A DNA stretch of 64,000 nt. Origin: a virus. The stretch spans positions 1-64,000 of IMG/VR virus record IMGVR_UViG_3300031741_000001; one strand, 5' to 3'. Shown in pieces: positions 1-9,708 of the stretch. A program made the translations under genes and the position numbers. The first letter of the stretch is position 1. The number at the start of each line of letters is the position of its first letter. The notes beneath the pieces were generated by a model that was not told where the DNA came from, made no database searches, and worked only from the letters and a program-made list of their open reading frames with translations.

Positions 1-446
1 ACTGTTAAATCTATAAAAGTATCTTCGTATTGAAGACTTGCTCCGGTTCCGTCAACGTCTTCCAGAGCGTTGGCTGAAATCTCTTTAAAAAGATCTTCCA
101 TATTTTTAATAACCACTCTATAAGTATACTGAAAAAACGGACTGGAGCTTTTATTCACAGTCTCGTTAGACGCGTTAGAAATTAAAATAGTACAGGTAAG
201 TCCTTGGAAATGTTTAAAGAGTAATAAATATTGCTGGATAGTTACTTTAAAGAATACCATGAAAATATCACTGAATTTAGCATTGAAATCCTGCTCTATT
301 AGAATATCAGTTAATAGTCTATCTACAGTAAGGATGTTCTTTTTATCTTTAGAGTTAAATTCCAAAACGATTTGGAAAACTCCGGTTTGAGGATCAGCCA
401 GTATTTCCTTAACGGCTTTATCCATTGTTTTACTAACACCTATCAT
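1..446 (-). CDS. Partial CDS (runs off window start), putative virion structural protein
   Basis: Not in ORF track. ATG at 446 with GGAG Shine-Dalgarno (452-456) just after the stop of 457..906; frame MIGVSKTMDKAVKEILADPQTG... stays open to base 1. Confidence 0.7.
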   Translation of the reverse strand, partial: MIGVSKTMDKAVKEILADPQTGVFQIVLEFNSKDKKNILTVDRLLTDILIEQDFNAKFSDIFMVFFKVTIQQYLLLFKHFQGLTCTILISNASNETVNKSSSPFFQYTYRVVIKNMEDLFKEISANALEDVDGTGASLQYEDTFIDLT

Positions 447-456
447 AGCCTACTCC

Positions 457-906
457 TTATATAAACGGCTCTACTAGATCCAGTAGAGTTTTAGGGGTTG
501 GTAACTTAGCATCTTTAGGAACAAAATACTCTAGTTTCTCATAAGCAGCTGGGCATCTATTTATAAATTGCTTTAACTCAATACTCACCTCACTTAAAAC
601 TGAAGGACAATTTATTGTTACTTCCCTAACCGTTTTTATATACTCTCCTAAAATAAAAACTATTTCAGAAAAATCAGCTGGGTCAGTTAATGAGAAAGGG
701 ACACCAAGAAAAACTAGATCTACGATTTTAGCTACTGAGATATAAGTAATAGATTCCCCATACTCACAACTATCCAACGGTTCTACGTTGTTTTCTAAAC
801 AAAATTTAGATATAGCAGGAGTGTAAGTTTCAGGTACTACCACTTCGAAAGTTCTATTCTCCAAAGCTTTAAAAAGATCGTCATATAGGAATGAATCTTT
901 ACTCAT
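457..906 (-). CDS. Hypothetical protein in structural operon
   Basis: 149 aa ORF, ATGA overlap with the upstream gene. Confidence 0.7.
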   Translation of the reverse strand: MSKDSFLYDDLFKALENRTFEVVVPETYTPAISKFCLENNVEPLDSCEYGESITYISVAKIVDLVFLGVPFSLTDPADFSEIVFILGEYIKTVREVTINCPSVLSEVSIELKQFINRCPAAYEKLEYFVPKDAKLPTPKTLLDLVEPFI

Positions 907-1355
907 CGTAACCCTCCCATTTTAAAAGAAAATCCTTTACTTCCTATAATTTGAAAAAGGGAACTTATGGGATCGGTTACTTTAAGCCTCACGAATCCGT
1001 CTTGTCCCAAATCTCCAAATGAGGTACTCAAAAATCTCATAGAAGTAATTTTTTTATTTAAAAGGAATACAGTCTGTCCTTGTGATAAGCAATTAGATTT
1101 TAAAGTCACTGGGAAGCTAGAAGTGTTTACTATAATGAATTCTTTAAATGGTAAATAATCCATCCTTAAATACACACTCATGGCGACTGTAGATCTTATA
1201 ACTTGAATATTATCTAAACTTAAAATACCGCTTTTGTTTAGAATATTAACTCGCTGAGCTTCATTGTGAACTCTTTTGAATGAGTTTTCGGTATCCAACG
1301 AAAGATCCCCATTCTCTTCAATTAGATAGTTAGACAGGTTTGTTAAAAGTTCCAT
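903..1355 (-). CDS. Hypothetical protein
   Basis: 150 aa ORF, AGGTG SD, co-oriented in operon. Confidence 0.7.
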   Translation of the reverse strand: MELLTNLSNYLIEENGDLSLDTENSFKRVHNEAQRVNILNKSGILSLDNIQVIRSTVAMSVYLRMDYLPFKEFIIVNTSSFPVTLKSNCLSQGQTVFLLNKKITSMRFLSTSFGDLGQDGFVRLKVTDPISSLFQIIGSKGFSFKMGGLR

Positions 1356-1366
1356 AAAATCACACC

Positions 1367-3061
1367 TTAATTTAAAATAAAACCATTGCTGGCTTCAGCT
1401 AGCCAAGTTGAGTTTTCAACATCTACCAAAACTAAGGTGACGTTGCCGTTTACGAGTAGAGTCCCTAGAGGTATAGCAGATCTATTACTCTTGACTCCTG
1501 TCTTTGAGAATTCAACTATTTGCTGTTCTGCTATATAGATATTGCTGTAAATATACACCACACCTATTGACGTGTTGGTGACATTTAAAGTGGTACCTAT
1601 AACTAAACATTCAGGAATCGTACTTTGAACTAAAGGTTCACTTACTTGAACCTTAACGTTGATAGGTAATAGATCATTCTCAGTTAATATAACTGGAGTA
1701 TTAACTTCGCTTATAAAGTTTTCTATATCTGAGGATGTAGTTATTTTTATATTATCTCTCCCTGTAGTAATACTTAAAATTATTTCATTAAGGAAATGAA
1801 TAAGTACTGGTATCATATAGAAAAGTTCTATCTCGGTGAAATCGTTCCATTCTTGTAGTAGTTTACATAGAGTAAAAACATTAGTTGGATTAATAGTTTG
1901 ATTATTTAAATACTGAGAAAGCATCTTTTCAAAATCCGTAGATGCGTAATCTCCCATTATCCCTATATAGAAAGGGAAATATTTAAAAACAGGATATTTA
2001 CTTTTAGATCCGGCTATGAATTTACATATAGATAACTGGTTTTTGTTTATTAGTGTTGAAATAGTAGTATCTGCAAAAGTATAAAGAGTCGGCATTGAGT
2101 AATAGAAAAGATCCACATTCTGCCAAGATATAGCATTCGTAGATTGTAGTTTCTTCCATATTGTTTTTTCTTTATTAGCATACTCATGTAGTAACTGTTG
2201 AGGGATATCAGAACATGAAGTTATAGTAAAAACATCAGTTATAAAATCTACAATATATGGATCATAGATCCCATCTGGTCTTATATAAGAGTGGAGTATA
2301 TCATTATTATAAAAAGATTTATTATACTGTTTCAGTAAAATGCTCCTCAAAAAAGTAGAATCCGATAGAATCATTTTTTCATTAGAAAGAATAAGGGCTG
2401 TTTCTTCAGTTAAGAATCTTTTCTTATTAAACCAAGCTACTTCTTTGACTGATTTTCTAATATCGTTTATTTCTTCTACGGTTGCGAATTTGATAAGCTC
2501 AAAAGTTACTTCATGGAAAGAAGATGTTCTGATGCTTAATCTACTAGGAGCTTGTGTTACTTTAAAAAGAGAAATCCTTCCATCGTTCATAGGTTCTATT
2601 TGATAAATAAAACAATCCCCCATATTAGGTACAAACCCAGGATATACTAACGCTGTTCCTGTAATAGTAGATAACGTCTTATCAGTATCATAATTGAATT
2701 GAAACTGATCTTGTAATTTTATTTCAAAGTTATTAATCTGTAAAAAACTTTTATGTATCGGAGATAGCTCTGTGCTAATATCAGTATCCATACTATTGTT
2801 TGCTGTATTAGTGTGTATCTTATGGAAGTAAGTAGTATTGATTTCTGATCCTACCGCATATCCTTTTAGTTTCTTTAAAAGATTATTAAACCTATCAGCA
2901 TTAACCGAATTACGATTAAAAAAACTCTTAGTAACATAATTCTCTTCAGATAGTATTTTATCGAATGTTGGGCGTGTTGAGATTACACCATCGACGTATT
3001 CATTGGTGTTGGAAGTTATTTTAACTCCCGTGGATCCTCCAATAGTACTAGGTATTGTCAT
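1367..3061 (-). CDS. Putative virion structural (neck/baseplate-type) protein, phiKZ-like
   Basis: 564 aa; YPGFVPNMGDCF motif resembles conserved phiKZ-like virion proteins; beta-rich C-terminus; downstream of a late-type promoter motif. Confidence 0.55.
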   Translation of the reverse strand: MTIPSTIGGSTGVKITSNTNEYVDGVISTRPTFDKILSEENYVTKSFFNRNSVNADRFNNLLKKLKGYAVGSEINTTYFHKIHTNTANNSMDTDISTELSPIHKSFLQINNFEIKLQDQFQFNYDTDKTLSTITGTALVYPGFVPNMGDCFIYQIEPMNDGRISLFKVTQAPSRLSIRTSSFHEVTFELIKFATVEEINDIRKSVKEVAWFNKKRFLTEETALILSNEKMILSDSTFLRSILLKQYNKSFYNNDILHSYIRPDGIYDPYIVDFITDVFTITSCSDIPQQLLHEYANKEKTIWKKLQSTNAISWQNVDLFYYSMPTLYTFADTTISTLINKNQLSICKFIAGSKSKYPVFKYFPFYIGIMGDYASTDFEKMLSQYLNNQTINPTNVFTLCKLLQEWNDFTEIELFYMIPVLIHFLNEIILSITTGRDNIKITTSSDIENFISEVNTPVILTENDLLPINVKVQVSEPLVQSTIPECLVIGTTLNVTNTSIGVVYIYSNIYIAEQQIVEFSKTGVKSNRSAIPLGTLLVNGNVTLVLVDVENSTWLAEASNGFILN

Positions 3062-4427
3062 TTTCTTCTCCAGGTTGGCATAGTATTGTGGCGTCTAGAA
3101 CGTAGAATCTGAAAAGATAAGGAGCTGGGTAATTCTTTTCAGATATAACCAGATGATAAATTTTAGTTTTATCCCTACATGGGATAGTCAGCTTAGTTCC
3201 GCCAGTAAGCGTTAAAGCCGATGGCTCATACGCGTAGTTATCTGAAAATACAGAAATGTTATATTTTTCAAAGTTTAGAAGACTAGCATCGCCTTGTATT
3301 TTTAAAGTATCTAAAACTTCTTTTTTGAGACTCACTCCAGCCATAGGTTCTGCTAAATCTATGACCGTATCTGGGGTGTCTAATAAAACTACCGATATTA
3401 GAAAAGGGATGTAATCTTGAGAGATAGTTAAAGCTATCTTAGATGGAGCCCATTCGTCATACCATGGTATCTTTACTGGCTTTTGAATACTACCAATATC
3501 GTAATTTCTAGTTCCTTCATTAAACGATACGTCGTTATACGTTGGTTGGATACATTTAAGATTACTATTATTAACAACCGGTATCGCCATTGCTGGAACA
3601 AGGACGTTATTAACAACCACAGGATATCGTAAAATAGTCATTTTGGGGCAATTGAATTGAACTGTTAGCGTACAGTTTAAAATAAATAGATCTGGGGATG
3701 TTGCTGATTTTTCGACTTCAGGTTCATCTTGCGTGAAATCTATATTGACTATCGTTTGAGCTATATTCTTTTGAATGATTATTTCAGCATCTTTTTTTGT
3801 ATCCCTACCAACTTCCATACTTATAAAATTATTAGACCATATTCTTAAGTTAGTTAGAAAATCGCTAAGTGGCTTCTTAGTCATTTTATATAGAAGGAAT
3901 AGAATACCTAATGTTGTAGGAGGCATCGCATAACTATATACAAAATTAGCATTAATAATATTCATTCCCGTTTCGGAATATTTGGTGTATAGTTTTGATA
4001 GTGTAGTTACCGCATCTATTTTATTAATAAAATATAATTTACACTCCATAACTAAATTTGTTGGCATAGCATGCTCATGTATCGTTATCTGATTTGTTTC
4101 ATTATTCAAAATAGGATATTGTCTTTTCTCATATACTGGAGTCAGACTGAATCCTCTATAATCATTACCTTTATCGTTATTCCATTTAAGATTTTTAGTA
4201 TTGAATACCTCTCTAGCTACACATTCAAATTTATTATCTTTAAGTTTAGGTCGAGCTGAAAAAGCTTCACTAGAGTCAGAAGCACCCATACTATTAGAAT
4301 TGATATAAACCTTATCTTTAAAGATAAGGTCTAATCCTAAATCCTCTATGAGCTTATACACCGTTTGAGAAACTAAGGGTTTTGTAATATACGTGGTTAT
4401 TTCTTTAAGTTCTTCATTAAAATACAT
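3048..4427 (-). CDS. Putative conserved phiKZ-like virion protein
   Basis: 459 aa, strong GGAGGAG SD, YPVVVNN and IPWYDEW motifs, preceded by AAACATTCTATATAA. Confidence 0.55.
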   Translation of the reverse strand: MYFNEELKEITTYITKPLVSQTVYKLIEDLGLDLIFKDKVYINSNSMGASDSSEAFSARPKLKDNKFECVAREVFNTKNLKWNNDKGNDYRGFSLTPVYEKRQYPILNNETNQITIHEHAMPTNLVMECKLYFINKIDAVTTLSKLYTKYSETGMNIINANFVYSYAMPPTTLGILFLLYKMTKKPLSDFLTNLRIWSNNFISMEVGRDTKKDAEIIIQKNIAQTIVNIDFTQDEPEVEKSATSPDLFILNCTLTVQFNCPKMTILRYPVVVNNVLVPAMAIPVVNNSNLKCIQPTYNDVSFNEGTRNYDIGSIQKPVKIPWYDEWAPSKIALTISQDYIPFLISVVLLDTPDTVIDLAEPMAGVSLKKEVLDTLKIQGDASLLNFEKYNISVFSDNYAYEPSALTLTGGTKLTIPCRDKTKIYHLVISEKNYPAPYLFRFYVLDATILCQPGEENDNT

Positions 4428-4437
4428 GTTCTCCTCC

Positions 4438-4453
4438 TTTATATAGAATGTTT
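4438..4453 (-). promoter_or_regulatory. Putative late promoter (AAACATTCTATATAAA)
   Basis: Near-identical motif recurs upstream of other structural genes (9671, 39601, 50605, 56195). Confidence 0.55.
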
Positions 4454-4519
4454 TTAAAGTGAATTAAAAAACCGAATTTCGCTATATTATATAACAAATT
4501 AAAACAAAAAAGGAGATAT

Positions 4520-5881
4520 ATGTTTAAAGCATTAGATAATATAGAACGACCATACCCTATTACATTTTTCAATACAGGAACAATGTATGATTTACTCAGC
4601 GGATCAGTTACTCAAGGGGTGAATGGCGAATACTTAATTAAAGGAGGGATAGCGAATGCTCCTATAGGGATTGGTGGTAGAACCAATACATACAAATCAA
4701 CATTCGCTAACGATCTGATGATTAGAGCATTAAAAAACTATCCAGGAACGATGCTCATAATAAATGAAACCGAAGGCTCTTATGACGAACAACGTATCCT
4801 AGATCTTAGCGGGACTAAAGAATTACCAGGACTCAAGTTTATATCGGGATGTATTTACGGAATGGAATCTATTTTTGAAATCCTAAAAGATATAGGGAAT
4901 GAAAAACAAAAAAGACGTAAAGCGTTTACCGCCGTTACTCCATTCGAAGATGTCGTAACTGGGGAAGCTGCTAAATGTTGGATACCTACTTTTGGTAATA
5001 TTGATAGTTTTTCAATGATGTCCAGTGAAGAAGAAGATAGCATGATAGAAAAGGGAGGGTTGAGAGACAAGAAAAATAAAACAGTTTTTATTCTGGATGG
5101 GAATAAAAAAACAATTTTCATAAGAAACATGAGAAAGCGTTGCGAACGTCACGGGATAGCTCTTATGTTATTATCTCATATAGGTGAGAATTCTTCTATA
5201 AGCGACACTGAAAAATATCCTACTAAACAAATGCCTAGTATGAAACCTAAAGATAAGAATAAACATTGCGGTCCTTTATACAATTTCTTAACTAAGAATT
5301 TCTGTCAAGTATCCTCGGCAACTTTACAGAGTGCTGATAAGACAGCTATGTATAAACTAGGATCGACTCCTCCTAAAGATTTACACACGCTAAGCTTAAT
5401 AGTCCATCGTGGTAAGAATGGAGGATCTGATATATCATTTCCTTTTGTAGTATCACAAACGTACGGGCTGCTTAACACCACTACTCATTTTAACTACCTT
5501 AGAGAGTACGGTAACCATTTTGGATTAACTAGTAGTCAAGGATCGAACTGTACCACTCCAAGTAATTCGGTATTCTTGCCAGATATAAAACTTTTCAGAC
5601 ATACTATTAGAAAAGTAGGCAATGAAAATTATCAAGTAGCTAGAGCATTGGAATTATCAGCAAGGTATTATTTCATTAAAACATATTGGGATATTTCTAA
5701 AATAGGATTAAACTTTTCCCAATCTATGGAAGTCATAGTAGAGAAAATTAAAAAATCAAAAACATTAACGATGGATGAAGTTCTAAATAGTGAATCTATT
5801 TGGAGATATGATAGAACTGATAAGCATAGAAAGTATTTAAGTATTTTTGATATAATTAAAGCAATAGAAGGAGAGAAGTAA
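4520..5881 (+). CDS. uvsX: UvsX/RecA-like recombinase
   Basis: Walker A-like GGRTNTYKST, catalytic ETEGS, Walker B IDSFS; size matches phiKZ-type RecA. Confidence 0.85.
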   Translation: MFKALDNIERPYPITFFNTGTMYDLLSGSVTQGVNGEYLIKGGIANAPIGIGGRTNTYKSTFANDLMIRALKNYPGTMLIINETEGSYDEQRILDLSGTKELPGLKFISGCIYGMESIFEILKDIGNEKQKRRKAFTAVTPFEDVVTGEAAKCWIPTFGNIDSFSMMSSEEEDSMIEKGGLRDKKNKTVFILDGNKKTIFIRNMRKRCERHGIALMLLSHIGENSSISDTEKYPTKQMPSMKPKDKNKHCGPLYNFLTKNFCQVSSATLQSADKTAMYKLGSTPPKDLHTLSLIVHRGKNGGSDISFPFVVSQTYGLLNTTTHFNYLREYGNHFGLTSSQGSNCTTPSNSVFLPDIKLFRHTIRKVGNENYQVARALELSARYYFIKTYWDISKIGLNFSQSMEVIVEKIKKSKTLTMDEVLNSESIWRYDRTDKHRKYLSIFDIIKAIEGEK

Positions 5882-6148
5882 ATGGGAGTATTAGGAGGAT
5901 TGGTGCTTTTAGGAGCTGCCGTAGTTATAGGTCTAGCTAAAGATATAGGAAATCCAGATAACCCTATAAATAAATTTTGTTACTGGTGTGGTTCATTTGA
6001 AAGATCTGACGTTAAAACTAAAACATTCTGGTCTGGTCGCGATGGAGTAGATGTTGAAGACCACGATGAGTTCTGGTTAAAAAAAAGAGAACAAGAGAGG
6101 TTGCGTTTAATTGAAGAGGAGGAGGAGGATGATAGCGTCATTTTTTAA
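5882..6148 (+). CDS. Small membrane-anchored hypothetical protein
   Basis: N-terminal hydrophobic helix, CxxC, acidic tail; abuts the recA-like stop. Confidence 0.65.
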   Translation: MGVLGGLVLLGAAVVIGLAKDIGNPDNPINKFCYWCGSFERSDVKTKTFWSGRDGVDVEDHDEFWLKKREQERLRLIEEEEEDDSVIF

Positions 6149-6314
6149 AAAGATTGTAGAGTGGAGCGGGTTAGTGTGGGCAAGATTATTCGCTTATAGA
6201 TTTACATTTTTAGTAACTAGAAACTATATGGAAGAAGATGCTTGGTATGTAGTTAGTTTTGAAATAAGGAAAAAGATACCTCGAATAAGAAATTTTGAAA
6301 TAAAAAAAAAATAA
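6129..6314 (+). CDS. Small hypothetical protein
   Basis: ATG 6129 follows a GAGGAGGAGG run; ends just before a terminator hairpin. Confidence 0.5.
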   Translation: MIASFFKKIVEWSGLVWARLFAYRFTFLVTRNYMEEDAWYVVSFEIRKKIPRIRNFEIKKK

Positions 6315-6318
6315 AATA

Positions 6319-6359
6319 CACCTCTAAATACATCCGATTAAAGGATGTATTTAGAGGTG
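6319..6359. terminator. Intrinsic terminator hairpin (17 bp stem)
   Basis: CACCTCTAAATACATCC-gattaaa-GGATGTATTTAGAGGTG; A-tract on the left gives a U-tract on the minus strand. Confidence 0.8.
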
Positions 6360-6402
6360 ACTTATAAAAATAAATATTATAATTTTATTAATATTATACA
6401 TA

Positions 6403-6629
6403 TAATATCACTCCTTCAATTATAATTAACACTCGTGGGTTTACACGATAAGATAAATGGTTTCGTCTATAGTAATGTCTGTTTTACTATTTAAGCAGTT
6501 GTATTCGAATTGAATTTTATACAGTTCTAACTGTTCTTATAGATAATTTTATACTAGCTAGAAGCCTAGTTTGATTCGATATCATAAATGTAATGGTGAA
6601 TCTGCATTACGTTTAGAGGGGTGATATTA
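6403..6629 (-). ncRNA. Candidate structured ncRNA, copy C (two tandem H-type pseudoknots plus ACAGACA-loop hairpin)
   Basis: Minus strand ACUAG-G-CUUCUAG-CUAGU-AUAAAAUUAU-CUAUAAG (6570-6536); second ACAG-UUAGAA-CUGU-AUAAAAUUCAA-UUCGAA (6534-6504); hairpin AUAGUAA-AACAGACA-UUACUAU (6490-6469); flanking 13-nt inverted repeat 6403-6415/6617-6629. Confidence 0.55.
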
Positions 6630-6656
6630 CTATCGGTATAGATCCTACTACTTTAC

Positions 6657-6881
6657 TCATACTGCAATTCCTTTCTTTGTAAACATTTTAGAAAATTTAG
6701 TTTTAAGTTTAGAAAACTTAGTAACTACATAATCTTTAAACTCTATTGCTTTTCCAACTACTAACTCTATAGAGTCAACTATAGAACTTTTTAAAGATCT
6801 GGTTACCTTAACGCTCTTAATCTCAGCACGTTTAGATTTTCTATTGAAGGATCTAACCACCTTCTTTGATGTTATACGCAT
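6657..6881 (-). CDS. Small basic hypothetical protein
   Basis: 74 aa, K/R/S/V-rich, GGGAG SD; frame stays open about 58 codons further upstream. Confidence 0.6.
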   Translation of the reverse strand: MRITSKKVVRSFNRKSKRAEIKSVKVTRSLKSSIVDSIELVVGKAIEFKDYVVTKFSKLKTKFSKMFTKKGIAV

Positions 6882-7066
6882 AGTACTCCCTTTTCTATTA
6901 TTCTTGTTTATTTTTTCTTGTTTTAATCTTTCGCGATACTCGACGTGTTCACGCGAGTATGCTTCATGCTCTTTAGCACGCTCGTCGCGCTTCAGCTCAT
7001 CGTGAGCGAGCTCTTTTTCGTACTCTTGTTTATCCTCACCCCTTTTAATTATTACTTAAATCTTTA

Positions 7067-7089
7067 TTGATTCGCAATAATAATGTATA
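7067..7089 (-). promoter_or_regulatory. Putative early-type promoter TATACATTA-N7-GAATCAA
   Basis: Same two blocks and spacing at 16893-16915; resembles the TATATTAC-type early promoters of phiKZ. Confidence 0.5.
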
Positions 7090-7122
7090 TCTAAGAAACG
7101 AATGACCTATACTAATAGTAGA

Positions 7123-7161
7123 CTCACTATGTCTTTCCTATTACGGGAAAGACATAGTGAG
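7123..7161. terminator. Terminator-like hairpin (16 bp stem)
   Basis: CTCACTATGTCTTTCC-tattacg-GGAAAGACATAGTGAG right after the stop of 7169..8080. Confidence 0.75.
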
Positions 7162-7168
7162 GTGTTTG

Positions 7169-8080
7169 TTATTTTTTCTTTTCTCTTTGGATCAGCAATG
7201 TGTAAATATTAATAAGGTTATTCTCAAGAACCATAGCGTTAGTACACATAGTACCATATATTGAAATATACTTAGCTAGAAATTCTATAACGTCCATTAT
7301 CTTTAGAACTATTTTTTTAGATAACTCTATTTCTTCATTTTGAATAACTTCTCGCATTCCAATAAAATGAGAATCTATTTTAGAATATTCTTTTTCGATA
7401 AGATTAGCTTTCTGAATAAATTTATTATTCTCCTCTAAAAGATCTTTAGTTTGGGAAAAATCTCTCATTGATGAGAATAGAGTTCTGAAAGGTCTAGAAC
7501 TTTCACTTATCTCTAAGTCGTATAGTTTTTTAAATTTTATAAAGTCTTTTTCTAGAACTGGATCTATTTTAATAAACGATGTTTCGTTAAGAAGACTTTC
7601 AATTTTTTTTAAATCAACAGTTTCTTTTGAAAATTCTTTATATAGAGAAACTGTCAGCTTAGAAGCTATTTCTAAAATAGAAGATATCCTCATATCTATA
7701 AAGAATTTATTAATCGATCTTCCAGCATCGCTAAAATCCTTTACTAGCCCTCTAGGACAAGGAATGTCGACATCCATTACTTTGTCATAGGATAGACCGT
7801 CTATCTTGTTTATAATCGCTCTATTCGATTTAATAAAATAAGTTAAATTAGATTTGGGTATTTGAAAGTTATTCAATACTTTAGTTTGTAAAGTATTTAA
7901 AGTCTGAGAAAAACTTTTTGTTACCTTAGTATAAATAGCTACTAGGTCTAACCCTTCCTCCGATCCTCCTATATTCTCAAAAGAATATTCATTACTATTA
8001 ATTATTTTCCTCAATTCTTCAAAGACTGAAGAAGTTACCATAGCCGAATCAATCTGTGTTAAATTCATTTTTTCCTCCAT
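7169..8080 (-). CDS. Putative head-associated protein
   Basis: 303 aa, helical; N-terminal SFE/GSE/SEE motifs fit (S/A/G)-x-E prohead protease sites. Confidence 0.5.
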   Translation of the reverse strand: MEEKMNLTQIDSAMVTSSVFEELRKIINSNEYSFENIGGSEEGLDLVAIYTKVTKSFSQTLNTLQTKVLNNFQIPKSNLTYFIKSNRAIINKIDGLSYDKVMDVDIPCPRGLVKDFSDAGRSINKFFIDMRISSILEIASKLTVSLYKEFSKETVDLKKIESLLNETSFIKIDPVLEKDFIKFKKLYDLEISESSRPFRTLFSSMRDFSQTKDLLEENNKFIQKANLIEKEYSKIDSHFIGMREVIQNEEIELSKKIVLKIMDVIEFLAKYISIYGTMCTNAMVLENNLINIYTLLIQREKKK

Positions 8081-8104
8081 AATGGTTTATAGGTATATAT
8101 AATT

Positions 8105-9613
8105 TTAAATAAGTTGGATATTATTAGTAGTTGTCTTCTCCCCATAGATATCTTTAATAGAGGAATCCTTTCCGTTCCTATCATCCAGTATTCCTTTCCC
8201 TGGTATAAATTCATAAGCACAATACTTATCTTCCTCTAGAGTCTCCTCTCCTTGTCGTTGCTTATCCTGTTTCAAAGTTAAGTATTTTCTTCCTGTAAAT
8301 TTATTTATTTCAATATGTGCGAATATAAAAATATCAGCTCCTTTTCGCAATCCTTTACAGTCTGCAATATGGTAAGCGGTAAGTCTTTTAACTATATTTA
8401 TTTTACCACTAGCATATAGCTCTTCAGCAGCTGGTCCTAACTGAGCAGCTGATACTCCAAATATTGCATTATGCCTACAGAAATCAGCTACCTTATCTAA
8501 AAGATTCTCTCTTTTCTTAGCATCGTTAACTCCACCTTCTTCCAATCGCATCTTTGAGATATAGTCTAAAAAAGAAGCTACTATTTCACATCCACTACTT
8601 TGAAGTTTAACATGTAAATTTACATATTCTTGATACCCAAAGTTCTCTCCCATTCTTCTGAAAACTTGTACGTTAAAACCATTTTTATTAAACACTTCTT
8701 TTATTACATCTATTATTGCATCGTCCGAAAGCTCTGATCCGTCAGAGCTGAAATAATTCTTGTATGCTGCTCTAAACCATTGCATCATATTCTCATGAAT
8801 TTCATTCTCTAAACTAATAAAAACTATAGTCGGTATTTTACCTTCTTTAACTTTAGGGAAATTATGAGTGATGAGCCATCTTAACATGTCCATTAAAATG
8901 CCAGATTTATAATGATGAGATAGTGCCGCGAACATGATAAATTCTCCACGGAGAGGTCCTCGTTTACCGAAAAGTCTTTCGACTCCCTGTAGTCCTAAAT
9001 TCAATCTACCTTTTGTTATTTTGGTATGGTTTATTTTAAAAGCTTTTTTAATGCTTTCAATTTTAGAAAAATCTATATGTTCTATCATATCTACATTTTT
9101 AGATTCTCTATTGTCAAAGTTATCTATAATTTCTCGTGCTGAATCCACAACGCTGGTAAGGTGGATATCTTTTTTAAGTTCATTAGTGGTTTGAAAACTC
9201 TTATTACATTCTGAAAACATTTTATAAATACATTTATTAGTTTTAAATTGAAGTATCCATAGATTCAAACTCTGCTTCAACCTATCCAATTTCATATCTG
9301 TTATGTTGTTTCCAGTATTAACAATATTCATTAACTTACCGGCAAACTCGGGAGATTCCCTTGTAATAAACTCTTCTAATTTTAAAATAGTAGTTTGATA
9401 ATCGTTTTTATTTTGGGGATCTAATTCTTCATTCATTATTTCAGAAATAAGAGCAATGCATGTCCTCACCATATCGGTTTTAAGGAATTCATCTTTCTCT
9501 TTATACGTATCGTAGATGCCTATCATCGCTAAAAGAATTTTACGAATCCCTTTAGTTTTAGGATGCATCGCTAAACATAACGCATCCAGAAATATCGAAG
9601 CTCCTGTTTCCAT
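8105..9613 (-). CDS. dnaB: DnaB-like replicative helicase (phiKZ gp118-like)
   Basis: LRGEFIMFAALSHHYKSG (variant Walker A), FISLEN, FLDYI, SAAQL, ADIFIF and KQR motifs; lies near the MCP gene as in phiKZ. Confidence 0.85.
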   Translation of the reverse strand: METGASIFLDALCLAMHPKTKGIRKILLAMIGIYDTYKEKDEFLKTDMVRTCIALISEIMNEELDPQNKNDYQTTILKLEEFITRESPEFAGKLMNIVNTGNNITDMKLDRLKQSLNLWILQFKTNKCIYKMFSECNKSFQTTNELKKDIHLTSVVDSAREIIDNFDNRESKNVDMIEHIDFSKIESIKKAFKINHTKITKGRLNLGLQGVERLFGKRGPLRGEFIMFAALSHHYKSGILMDMLRWLITHNFPKVKEGKIPTIVFISLENEIHENMMQWFRAAYKNYFSSDGSELSDDAIIDVIKEVFNKNGFNVQVFRRMGENFGYQEYVNLHVKLQSSGCEIVASFLDYISKMRLEEGGVNDAKKRENLLDKVADFCRHNAIFGVSAAQLGPAAEELYASGKINIVKRLTAYHIADCKGLRKGADIFIFAHIEINKFTGRKYLTLKQDKQRQGEETLEEDKYCAYEFIPGKGILDDRNGKDSSIKDIYGEKTTTNNIQLI

Positions 9614-9670
9614 TGTTTCTCCAAATTTTAAGTTTTATACCTATATGATATAGTGGGTTTTGGTTTTTTT

Positions 9671-9686
9671 AAACTATTCTATATAA
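9671..9686 (+). promoter_or_regulatory. Putative late promoter (AAACTATTCTATATAA)
   Basis: Identical to the motif at 50605-50620 on the minus strand. Confidence 0.55.
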
Positions 9687-9708
9687 GGTAACAAACGAAA
9701 GGTATTTT

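Noticed and set aside
8105-9613. Inactive helicase because of non-canonical Walker A (AALSHHYKS)
   Set aside because: Lys-Ser and the downstream motifs are intact; such variants are usual in phiKZ-type DnaB proteins.
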